From: a virus
Lineage: Duplodnaviria; Caudoviricetes
Virus record (IMG/VR): IMGVR_UViG_2974674860_000001
Span: 26,491-90,490 of that record
Length of the DNA stretch: 64,000 nucleotides
Reading direction: 5' to 3' (one strand)
Shown: one piece after another, positions 46,212-56,300 of the stretch
Layout of the letters: every line of letters begins with the position of its first letter
How positions within the stretch are numbered: position 1 is the first letter of the stretch
Translations under genes and position numbers: made by a program
The notes under the pieces: generated by a model
Told to the model about the DNA's origin: nothing
The model's input: only the letters and a program-made list of their open reading frames with translations
Databases searched by the model: none

Positions 46212-46610
46212 ATGGCGCCGTCGTGGACCCACGCCGAAGCATCAGCACGACACTTCGGCGGCGAGCCGGACGACTACATCGCCATCCATGAGTGGATCGA
46301 CCAATTCAAGGGCATGGTCGGCGACGTCACTCACCGGCAGTACCTGCACAACACCGCAGGCCCCTGGATGGCCCAGGAGGTGTTCGGCCGGACGATCGAG
46401 AACTCGGCCGGCAAGAAGGTCGTGGTGCGCGAGATCGCCGAGCACCACATCATCCAAGACCTCGGCTGGCTCCCGTCGCCGGCCGACTGGTCCGCCTGCC
46501 TCACCTGCAAGGTGTGGATGGGTGGCCGTCGCAACAAGTTCATCGGCCGCGAGGAGCTACTCGAATCCTCACTGCCACACCCAAACAAGTCTCGAAAGGG
46601 GACAGAGTGA
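46212..46610 (+). CDS. DUF6915-like protein
   Basis: HAEASARHFGG...YIAIHEWID...HRQYLHN...IAEHHIIQDLG. Confidence 0.7.
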   Translation: MAPSWTHAEASARHFGGEPDDYIAIHEWIDQFKGMVGDVTHRQYLHNTAGPWMAQEVFGRTIENSAGKKVVVREIAEHHIIQDLGWLPSPADWSACLTCKVWMGGRRNKFIGREELLESSLPHPNKSRKGTE

Positions 46611-47188
46611 CCACCACTCAGAACACCATCGAAGGCCGTCCGATCCGCGGGCAGATCTCGCGCTACGGCGACACCCCGAGCGAGCAGAAGCCGCTGAGCG
46701 AGCTTCTCGACAAGCTCGACGCGCTCCTGGCCTTCCCTGAGGTCGAGGCGATCCGCTGGCGCCAGTGGACCCCGTACTTCAACGACGGCGACGTCTGCAC
46801 CTTCTCGGCGTACGGCGTCGAGGTCAAGTTCGTCGACGGCGACGATGAGGCCGGCGACAGCGAGGATGGGTTCGTCGACGAGAGCGGCGAGTTCCCGGCC
46901 GGGTACTTCGATACCCACGCCCATCGCACCTACAAGGGCTACGACAGCGAACTCCGTCGACCGGTCTACGAGATCCCCGAGGGATTCATCGAGGTCGACT
47001 ATGACGACCGGGAGTACTTCGCGGGCGGCACCGTTCACCGCGCCGACATCCAGTCCGCCCACGCGGCCCTGCGAAAGGCCATCGAGTGCGGCGAGCATGA
47101 CACCAAGCTGACCGAGCACTTCGGTGACCCGGCCGAGGTTGTCGCCACCCGGGACGGCTTCGACGTCGAGTACTACGAGCACGACTAG
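46607..47188 (+). CDS. conserved phage protein coupled to the DUF6915-like gene
   Basis: WRQWTPYFNDGDVCTF motif; GTGA overlap. Confidence 0.65.
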   Translation: MTTTQNTIEGRPIRGQISRYGDTPSEQKPLSELLDKLDALLAFPEVEAIRWRQWTPYFNDGDVCTFSAYGVEVKFVDGDDEAGDSEDGFVDESGEFPAGYFDTHAHRTYKGYDSELRRPVYEIPEGFIEVDYDDREYFAGGTVHRADIQSAHAALRKAIECGEHDTKLTEHFGDPAEVVATRDGFDVEYYEHD

Positions 47189-47356
47189 TCGTCCGATTGG
47201 ACGATAGCGCCGCCGGCAGCCCTGTGCTCGCCGGCGGCGTTCGCGCATCGTGTTGCGCCGCTTGATTTTTCCAGAAAAATTGTGTGTTGCGTGTCTCGCG
47301 AAAGTCGCATATGCTCCATTCGACTTAGAAAAACCTGAATGGAGGATCTGAAACAC

Positions 47357-47761
47357 ATGAGCACCACCCGCCGCCGTTTCGCCCGCACCGCCGCCCTCAT
47401 GGGAGCCACCCTCGGCCTCGCTCTCGGGGCCGCCATCCCGGCGCAGGCCGTCACCACCGACCAGTATGACCGCGTGAAGACCGTGTTCTGCAGCAGCGAG
47501 CGATACGGCAACGAGGTCGAGTACTACGCCGGGGACGTCAAGAAGGACCACACCGTCCAGCTCCGCGAGAACAACAAGGGCCTCTGGTGCGGCTCGTCGA
47601 GCTTCACCGAAGGCGACGAGTACGGTGACTTCATCGCCGCCTCCATCACCAACCCGAAGGCCAACTACGTCTACTGCGCGATCTGGATCAACGGCCGGAT
47701 CGACGTCGCCTCCGAGGATCGTGCCAGCGAGTACAGCGCGCCGTACACCTACTGCATCTGA
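47357..47761 (+). CDS. secreted protein
   Basis: MSTTRRRF...LALGAAIPAQA signal peptide; four Cys. Has its own promoter (TTGCGT-17bp-TATGCT from 47287) and terminator. Confidence 0.75.
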   Translation: MSTTRRRFARTAALMGATLGLALGAAIPAQAVTTDQYDRVKTVFCSSERYGNEVEYYAGDVKKDHTVQLRENNKGLWCGSSSFTEGDEYGDFIAASITNPKANYVYCAIWINGRIDVASEDRASEYSAPYTYCI

Positions 47762-47776
47762 CAGCCACCTGACCGA

Positions 47777-47813
47777 CAAGACCCCCGGGCGCCCTCTCAC
47801 CCCGGGGGTCTTG
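47777..47813 (+). terminator. hairpin terminator
   Basis: CAAGACCCCCGGG pairs with CCCGGGGGTCTTG. Confidence 0.7.
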
Positions 47814-47893
47814 CGCATCCCCAGCCAAGAAGCCTCGACCACGTTGCATGTCTCGAATAGCGTCATTCGTGAGACACGCAACGGAAGGCCGAA

Positions 47894-48619
47894 ATGGCAC
47901 AGAAGAAGAGAATCGTCCGAGTCCGCGGCATCAGCGAGCCGCTGCCAGGACGCACCCTGCTGCACGGGGTCACCGACCTGCTCGACCCGAACGCCTACGA
48001 GTTCGTCGACCTGGAGTGGAGCGCCCAGTACGGCCCCGCCGGCGCCAAAGGCATCATCGGCGAGGACTACGAGACCGCACTTCGCGAGGGTGTCGCGAAA
48101 CTGCGCGCACTCCTCGACGAAGCCCCGGCCATTGTCATCGGATACTCCGGCGGCGCACACCTGCTGCACATCGTGGCCTGGGCTGGACATCACAACCTCC
48201 TCGCTGCTGGATTCATCGCCGACCCAGCAATGCCCGCGGACATCACCAAGGTCGGCTGGGGGATCACCGGCGAGATCCGCCCGATCAGCCGGTCGCTGCC
48301 GACGCGATGGATCTACAACACCGGCGACATCATCTGCTGCGCGCCGGCCGACTCGCCACTGCGGACCATCAGTGATGCGACCGGCAAGTTCGGCGTGCTC
48401 AACTTCGGCAACTGGGGCTGGGACCTCATCGACCGCCTGGTCACCATGCGCTGGCAGGTGCTGTTCAAGTACATCTTCCAGGGCCCGCTCGCAATGCGGG
48501 ACCGGGTCAACCTCGCGATCGACGGCGCCATCGGCTACCTCGACGGCAGTGACCACGTGGCCGCCTACGTCGGGGCCCGTCAGCACGAGCTGGCCCGCTG
48601 GATCGAGACCGTCGCGTGA
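47894..48619 (+). CDS. lysB: cutinase-like alpha/beta hydrolase (lysin B-like)
   Basis: IVIGYSGGA nucleophile elbow, FIADP, GDIIC, distal DH...Y. Confidence 0.7.
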   Translation: MAQKKRIVRVRGISEPLPGRTLLHGVTDLLDPNAYEFVDLEWSAQYGPAGAKGIIGEDYETALREGVAKLRALLDEAPAIVIGYSGGAHLLHIVAWAGHHNLLAAGFIADPAMPADITKVGWGITGEIRPISRSLPTRWIYNTGDIICCAPADSPLRTISDATGKFGVLNFGNWGWDLIDRLVTMRWQVLFKYIFQGPLAMRDRVNLAIDGAIGYLDGSDHVAAYVGARQHELARWIETVA

Positions 48620-48876
48620 AGGTCGAAGACATCAAGCAGTATCAGACCCTCGACGAGGCCGAGGCCGCGGTGAAGGAATCGCTCGTCGAGCTGAACGCCA
48701 AGGCTCGTCGCGCCGGGGAGATCGGGGCCGTCGACGCCTGGGCCATCCTCCACCGACTCATCGACGAGGACCTCGACGCGCTCCAGGTCATACAAGAAGG
48801 CCGGCGGGAGGAGTACCGGAAGCTGCATCGGCAGCTCACTCCGAGTTTCTCCCACCCGCCGGCCGGCGTGCAGTAG
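48616..48876 (+). CDS. hypothetical protein
   Basis: GTGA overlap; last rightward gene. Confidence 0.5.
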   Translation: MKVEDIKQYQTLDEAEAAVKESLVELNAKARRAGEIGAVDAWAILHRLIDEDLDALQVIQEGRREEYRKLHRQLTPSFSHPPAGVQ

Positions 48877-48881
48877 GGCGC

Positions 48882-49145
48882 TCAACGCGAGATCGCGGTG
48901 CTATTCGACCGCATCTCCCGGGCGTGGAGCAGGTCGTCCACCGCGGCGTTCAGCTCGTCGACGAGCGCGTAGAGCCGAACGTACGGGTCGGCGTCGTGCT
49001 GAGCCTCGCGCACCTTCGCCTCCAGCTCGGCCACTCGTTCAGCAGCCTCGACGTGCTGGACCTCGGTGAACTTGTCGATGTAGGCAAGCTCGGCCTTCTC
49101 CAAGCGTGCCTCGGGCGTCATGCCCAGCAGTGAGTAGAAGCTCAC
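48882..49145 (-). CDS. hypothetical protein
   Basis: Coupled to higA. Confidence 0.5.
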   Translation of the reverse strand: MSFYSLLGMTPEARLEKAELAYIDKFTEVQHVEAAERVAELEAKVREAQHDADPYVRLYALVDELNAAVDDLLHAREMRSNSTAISR

Positions 49146-49447
49146 GACGGCACCTCCTCGGTGAGACTGTGGATCTTGAGCACTGATCGCATCAGCTCCA
49201 GGTTGCGCCTGGCTGAGCGGATGTCGTACTCGGCCTGCAGGTTCGACCAGAACGAGTCCGACTGGCTGAATAGACGCCCCAGGCGCAGCGACATCGCCGC
49301 ACTCACCCCACGCTGCCCACGGATGATCTCGTTGATCGTGCGCGGGCTCACGTCGAGCAGGTCGGCCAGCCGCCGCTGCGACAGGTCGTAGTCCTCCATG
49401 AAGTCCTGCAGCTGCTCGCCCGGGTGGATGGGCATCTCCGTTGCCAT
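49142..49447 (-). CDS. higA: HigA/VapI-family antitoxin
   Basis: PIHPGEQL...SQRRLA..L.VS.RTINEII.GQRGVS..MSLRL...FWSNLQ..YD. Confidence 0.92.
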   Translation of the reverse strand: MATEMPIHPGEQLQDFMEDYDLSQRRLADLLDVSPRTINEIIRGQRGVSAAMSLRLGRLFSQSDSFWSNLQAEYDIRSARRNLELMRSVLKIHSLTEEVPS

Positions 49448-49457
49448 GCTGGCCTCC

Positions 49458-49745
49458 TCAGTGATAGTCGACAATCTGCACCTCCTCCGGTCCCGCGTCG
49501 GTCCATCGGAACACGATGCGGTACTGGTCGTTGATGCGGATGCTGTGCATCCCGTCGAGGTTGCCCGACAGCGCCTCCAGTCGATGCCCCGGCGGCACCT
49601 TCAAGTCGCTGAGTATCACCGCGGCGTGGACCCGCAGTAGCCGCTTGAGCCCCTGCTTGGCCAGGTCTCGGCCGTACCTCGCCATCGCCCCGGTCTCGCT
49701 GTTGAACAGCATCTCGGTGTCCGAGTCCCCGAACGACTGGATCAC
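49458..49745 (-). CDS. higB: HigB-family (RelE/ParE-like) toxin
   Basis: IQSF.D...DLKVPPGHRLEALSGNLDG.HSIRINDQYRIVFRW...IVDYH. Confidence 0.92.
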   Translation of the reverse strand: MIQSFGDSDTEMLFNSETGAMARYGRDLAKQGLKRLLRVHAAVILSDLKVPPGHRLEALSGNLDGMHSIRINDQYRIVFRWTDAGPEEVQIVDYH

Positions 49746-49787
49746 GCCCGCATCACCCCCGAAGTGTATCCCATTGCGCAACGGGCA

Positions 49788-50138
49788 TCAATCATCCGCG
49801 GCATCCTCCTCGACCTCGGAAGTCGACTGCTCGTCGGTATCGTCGGCGCCCCACTTCGGCTTCTTGCCGGACCAGTAGGCGCGCTGCTGCTTGGTCAGCG
49901 ACTGCCCGACCTCTCGCGGGGTGACATGCCCGCAGTACAGCAAGGCCGTGATCGGGTTGAGCCCGTAGGACCGAGCCAGCTCGATCACGTCCTCGGCGAC
50001 CGGCATCCCCTCGTTGCGGGCCAGCCTGTTGGCCCAGGTCTGCCTGGCCACGCCGAGACGGGAGGCCAGCTCGGCGGCCGGCACATCGCGACCCACCGCC
50101 TGGCCGATCAGTTCCTCCAGGCGCTTCTGCTTCTTCAC
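49788..50138 (-). CDS. HTH DNA-binding protein, similar to 18363-18746
   Basis: GRDVPAAELASRLGVARQTWANR...NEG...LLYCGHV. GTG 50138 with GAGGAG RBS. Confidence 0.7.
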   Translation of the reverse strand: MKKQKRLEELIGQAVGRDVPAAELASRLGVARQTWANRLARNEGMPVAEDVIELARSYGLNPITALLYCGHVTPREVGQSLTKQQRAYWSGKKPKWGADDTDEQSTSEVEEDAADD

Positions 50139-50350
50139 CTCAGCACTCCTCTCACTCGTGTCTGACCATGCCCTATTGCGGTGTGGCCGGCACTCATATT
50201 GCTCTGTGCCGGCAAGAAGGCCGCATACGCCTGATCGCTCAGTCGGTGCATCCTCTCCCGCCGACGTGCGGCAGCGAAGGACCCGCCGGCCCATTTGGCT
50301 TGGCGGGTCCTCCTCTTGTTGCGGTTCCCGGTTGCTATGTCGGCCACCCC

Positions 50351-53300
50351 CTACCCGAAGACGATCTCGCCGAAGAGCCCGACCTGGACCACGGCGTCGG
50401 CATCGAGCGCGTCGTAGTCGCCGAGCCGGTCGTCGGTGCCGTTGGTGCGGTTGAGCACGAGCATGCGGGTGTTGCTGTCACCCTCGTAGCCCATGTTGTA
50501 GAAGCCGACCTCGCCCGATGCGATCTTGTTGATGCCGCGGGCGATGACGTCGAGGTCGACCAAGAGGCGCTCGGGCTCATCCTCCTCGGCCTCCTCGCAG
50601 TCGACGAGGACGGCGTACGGCTCGTCGCAGTCCCACTTGTACTCGACCACCTGGGCCCAGTAGTTGACGCCGCCCTCGATGGCGGTGGTCAGCAGGGCTC
50701 CCAGGAACTCCTTGCGCTCGGCGCTGCGCTCGCGGGCCTTGATGTCGGTCATTTGATGCGAACCTCCTCGATGATGATGTCTGTCTTGCGGGTGATCTCG
50801 TACTCCTCGCTCAGTCCGCGGCGGAACTTCGCGATGGCCGACTCGGCGTTGGACGAGGTGATGTGGTCGACGATCGTCCGCCCGCCCCAGTCCTGCGGAT
50901 GCCGGCCGCGCCAGGTGATGACGTACTCGTGCCGCTTGGCGCTCACTGGACAACTCCAACGACGTTGCGGTCCATAGGATCGCAGCACTCGCACAGGCAC
51001 TCGTCGCCATGCCATTCGCACTCGCGCCGCGACTCCTGGTACCAGGTGGTCTCGTGGACCATCTCGCCGTCGTCGACCCGGTAGACACCCTCGGTCAGGG
51101 TGCCTTCGAGGGCGATGAGGCTCCCGTCCTCCTCGCATGCCTTGAGGTAGGGGATCTTCGACTCCAGCCACAGGCGCTCCCAGTCGCCCGTCATTCGGCT
51201 GGTCTCGCCCCAGCCGTTGTTCTCGATCACGCGAGACTCGTTGTCACAGTTGCACGTCACGGAATGCCTCCTTGATCGCGATGGTTGCGTACTCCGACAG
51301 CTCGACCAGGTTCTGACCGATGGCCTCGATGTCGCCGTCCTCGGACCACTCGCCCTCCTCGCGGAGGTAGCGGAACCGTCCGCGGATGTACAGCCACACG
51401 TCGCCGTCCTCGTCGACGTATGCCCGCAGCGCGCTGTAGGCCTCCTCCTTGGGATCGAGCCCGTTGTTCATGGTCACGCTCATGGGTTCCTCCTTGCGGA
51501 ATCAGGAAGAGCCCCAGCCGATTTGACCGGGGCCCGCAGGTTGCTGGTTGGGGTCAGGTGCTCTGGAGCAGCGTGACTGAGACGTCGGCGTCACCGAGCC
51601 CGAACAGCACGGCGTCGAGAGCGCGGCCCTTGACTGCCTCACGGATGTCGCGGTTGGTGTCCTCCTCGACAGCGAGTTCACTCTCGCGGTACTCGTCCTC
51701 GTCGAACTCGACGGTGAAATTGACGTTGACCTTCACTTCTTCGCCCCCGCCGACTTCTTCTGCTCGACCATGAACGTGACCGGCTCGTCGTGTTCGAGCG
51801 TGGCCTCGAACAGGTCGCCAGCATCGCGCATGGAGAGATTGATCGTCGTGTCGTTGCCGTGGTGGTAGATCTGCCGCAGCTCGCCGGTGAGCCGCATGTC
51901 CACCCACTCGGCCCGCCCGTGATCAGGGTGGTAGTTGAATCGGACGTGGCTGTCGATGTGGGTGGCGTTGAGTTCGCCGGCCGCGATCGACTCGCCCTCG
52001 ATGTGGTTCGCGTATGCCTGCTTGATCATGGTTCAGTGCTCCTTCATCCATGCGTTCAGTCGGTCGATACGGAGGACGGGATTCCATCCACCGCCTGGGG
52101 TTGAGTTGGTGATGATTCCTCGCGGGAGCGAGGGCATGTCGTCCTCCAGGACGAACTCGTCGTCGAAGTACGCATGCCCGGGCCGGTTGCTGTCGTCCTG
52201 GACGTACAGCTCGTCGGCGCTGTGGGACACCATGAAGTCGATGACGCGCTGCACGACGTTGCGAGGGGAGTACCACTCACGCTCGTGCTCGCGGCGGTCC
52301 AGCTCGATCAGCAACTCATTCAGCTCCGCGAACGGAATCTCGAAGCAGTGCGGTGCGTTGCGGATCAGCGAGTTGGCCACCTTGCGGGTGTGGCTCTCGA
52401 ATGTTGTGTTGTCCATGTGCTGCTCCTCAGTCCTCGATGTATTCGTTGTCGGAGTAGGACTCGTAGCCCTGGAGTAGTTCGTCGCGGAAGGCGGACGGCG
52501 GCAGGACTTCGGCGGCCGTGATCAGCTCGTCCCAGTCCTCACGGCTCCAGCCGTGGCCCGGGTCGATCCCGCGCTCGACGAACTCATCCCACGACAGTCG
52601 GCGACCATCGAGGAACACCGACAACTCGGTGCTCGCGTCAGGGTCGCGATAGGTGATGATTTGGATCGTCGGCGGGGCGGTGGACAGTGACCGCAAGCTG
52701 GCAGCCGGTCGACCCTCGTACCAATCGGCCATGTTGGCTTCGATCTCCTTGATCGCGTCGTCCCAGGAGTCGGCAACGAGGGGGATCGTCCAGCCGTCGG
52801 TGAATGTCGCTGTGAAGTTAGTCATTTCAGTCCTCCTCGTCATCGGTGATGCACCCATCGAGTTCGTCGTCGCAGTCCTCGCAGCCGTCGTCGACGGTCG
52901 TTTCCGCGCCCCGGCACTGGCCACACACTTCACCGACGTGCACGTACGGCTCCTCGGCGTACTCGCGATCCATGACGGCCTCGGCGTCGTGGTAGTCCCA
53001 GAAGTCCTGCTCCAGCAAGCCTTCGTCGGTGAAGATTCCGTACTCGGTGGACGACATCAGAAGTCCACCCCCTGCCAGAACGCGAGGGCGGCGTCATCCT
53101 GGTCGGTGTAGTCCGCCACCCCGTCCGGTGCTGCGGGCAGCGCCATTGCGATGTACTCCAGCTGGTCGGCGCTCCAGTCGTAGACCGAGCCCAGGGAGTG
53201 CATGATCTTGGCGACAGCGAGCTGCGCCTCGGTCGGGTCGATCTGTGCTGCGATTTCGCGGATGTTCATCGGATCTCCTTGTGTCGGTTCAGTTCATCGG

Positions 53301-56300
53301 TCAGGACTTTGACTCGGTCGGCGACCGTGCCATCACCGGTCGAGGTGGAGGTGCGGCGGATACCGGCAACGCTGTCGAGGGCGATGGCCGCGGTGCCAAC
53401 GCCGTCGCCCTGCGGGAAGACGAAGACGACTCGGCCACCCTCCTCGTCGACGAGAATGGCGGGCTGGTCGAAGTTTGCCTCGGCCCGGCGGATCAACTCC
53501 GCGGCCGCCGCATCCTTCGCCGCGCCGAGTGTCTCCCCGGTGCCCGAGACCCAGCAGCCATCGATCGAAACCGTGTGGCCGTACTTGTGTTTCGAGGTCG
53601 TGGCCTCGATGTTGACTGTCGTCGGCCGGTCGCTCACTGAATCCACACCCTCTCGATGTCGGCGATGTCGTAGAGCTGGGTGAGCAGCTCGTCGACCAGG
53701 TCTGCGTCGAGGTCCGCGGGTGGCAGTGCCTGGCACTCCATCTCCTCGACCAGGTCGGTCAGGTCGTACAGCTGGTTGTCCCCGGCGTCCTCGCCCTCGT
53801 GCGCCCACCACCGCGAGCCCTTGATCAGGCCCAGCAGGCGTTCGAGGAAGTACGCGCACTCGATTCCGCTCGGCTCGTCCGGCATCTGGTCGACCAGGTC
53901 GCGGTAGCCGTCGATGCGGAAGCGCCAGGAGTCGAGCCCGCGTGCCCGGCGGTCTGCGGCGATCTGATGTGTGGTGACGATGTGGTCGATGCTGCGTGTC
54001 ATGCCAGTTCTCCTTGATCCTTTGTGCGCGACCATCGCGAACAACGCTGGGCACGAAACGATCTCGCCTCGTGCCCAACGCAACCCGTGCGGTCAGCTGG
54101 TGGGGGTGTCGCCCCCGTCGTCGTCACCCTCGCCGTCGCCGTCGCCGGGTTCGGTCGGCTCGGTCGGTTCGGTCGGCTCGGTGGGCTCCTCGGCCTCCGG
54201 CTTCTCCTTCTTCGGCATCTCCCACTTCGGCGAGGTCTTGACCTCGGGCTGCTCGGGCTGCCAGGCCGCACCGCCTCCACCGCCGGATGAGCCACCGGGG
54301 CCGGTGGATGTCACCTCCGGCGGACACGGGGCGAACTGGCCGTTGCCCAGCGGGAGCCTGCACTCCTCGGCCGGCGTCGCTGCGTGTGCCACCCCGCCGA
54401 ACAGTGCCAGCGTCGCGGCGGCGGACAAAGCGATCAGCAGTCGCTTGAACATGTGAATCTCCGATCTATCGTTGTGTGCTCACGACCATCGCGAACAACA
54501 AAGGCACCGGACATCGCCCGGTGCCAATGCAATTCGTGCGTCGTCAGAAGCTGTTGAGCTGGACCGTGATTGCCCGACTGATCGAGGTGAACCTTCGCCG
54601 CTGCCAATCGATCTCCGAGATTGCATCCGACAGCCGGTCGGCCAGCATGTCGATCAGCTCGGCCATCGCCGTCGCGTCCTCGTCGTTGGTGTCCAGGTCG
54701 GCCCAGCTCCGCGCCGCCTCGAACAGTTCCTCGTCGGTCATCACTGCCACCTCCGACGAATCACCTGGATCGCCTCCTCGTGCTTGCGGCTCAGCCATCG
54801 ACCGTCGGGCGACTTGCGCATCACCTCGAACTCATAGCCATTGGCCCGCTCCATCTGGTAGCCGAAGCCGTACGCCTCGTCCTGCGACCCGTAGACCGTG
54901 TCGCACATGAGATCCGCGTAGATCATGTGCGACGCGCAGGAGAGCAGGACCCGATACTCACTCGGCCAGCCAGGCTCACCGCCCCACTTCGATTGCGGCA
55001 CAGCCATTTCATCCCTCCCAGATCTCGTCGTTGTAGTGGCAGTCGATCTCCGACTCGAAGTCCATTCCGAGCAGATCGGCGAGGTGGTGAAGATCCGAGA
55101 TCAGGTCGCCGACCTTGGAGGTGATGGTGTCGCCGGACGGGTAGTTCTCGGCGGCGCGGAATGCGCGGAATGCCCGACGCATGTTGTCCCGGCCATCGCC
55201 GCGGGTGTCTGTCTCCGTGATGCCCTGCTTGGCGAAGTGGAGCAGCGCGTCGTCGGGCCAGATGTCGAGCAGGTGGTCCGCGCCGGGCATGGGTTCGAGG
55301 ACGAACTCGGGCTCGCCGTTCTTGGTGTCGATGATTCGATCGGTCATGTCAGTTACCTCCAAGTGAGTCGAGCAGGATGTTGGCGCGGGCCATTGCGGGC
55401 TCGCACTCGATTTCACGGTCCGTGACGTCGGTCTGGACCCCTTCGTGCTGGTCTTCGATGGCATCGAGCAGCAGGTCGCGATGGTCGAGATCGTGGTCAT
55501 CGAAACCGTCTGGCACGGCGACGTAGCAGGTGGTCTCGACCTGCTCGTAGATGGTGACCTTGATCGTCTTCATGGTTCAGCTCCAGGGTGTGTAGTCGAT
55601 AGAGAGTATGAGACACGCAACGGTCGTGACGCAAACCAGCTTGACGTCGGCGATGAACGGTGAGGCGAGGAACGAGCGCAGGGTCACGACTGGGCCGCCT
55701 TGCGGTCGCGAGTCATGATGCGCTCGTCCTCGGCATACCTGCGCAGCACTGAGAGTGCAGTGCGGGCACCCTCGACCGCGAAGTGGGACGTCGTCGGCGG
55801 CACCAGCTCGTCGAGCAGGTCGATCAGACCGTCGACGTCGGCGAGGATCTTCTCGTTGTCGGTCACAACCCCTCCGCTCCCATGACCCGCGAGTCCAGGA
55901 ACTCGATCGGAGCCTCGCCGTAGTAGACGCTGGAGAGCCCGACCTTCGCGAGAGCCCGATCCTTGGCGATCTCGTGGACCTTCTCGAAGTGGGCCATGTC
56001 CTTGGGGTAGTGGTGGAAGATGTCCTCCAGGTCCTCATCGGTGACCTTCACGTAGACGTCGACCTCCAGGGTCACCTTCACGGGGTAGTGGTTGCCGTAG
56101 CTCATGTCAGATCACGCCTTTCCGCGCAGCGAGTCCGCCGCGTAACGGTTCTCTTCGGCGAGGCATTCGTAGCCGTGCTCGCCCAGTTCGTCGGCCACAG
56201 ATTCGATCAGATCGCACAACTCGGATGTGCTCATGCTCATGGTCACGCCACCTTCACGCGGTTGTAGCGCACGGGGATGTACTCGCCGTACTTCGATTGC

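Noticed and set aside
46331-48586. Long antisense ORFs (751 aa here; also 11005-12282, 35536-36522, 42013-43056, 57661-58866)
   Set aside because: These are shadow frames of high-GC coding genes on the opposite or same strand; they have no motifs and a biased R/P/A/G composition.
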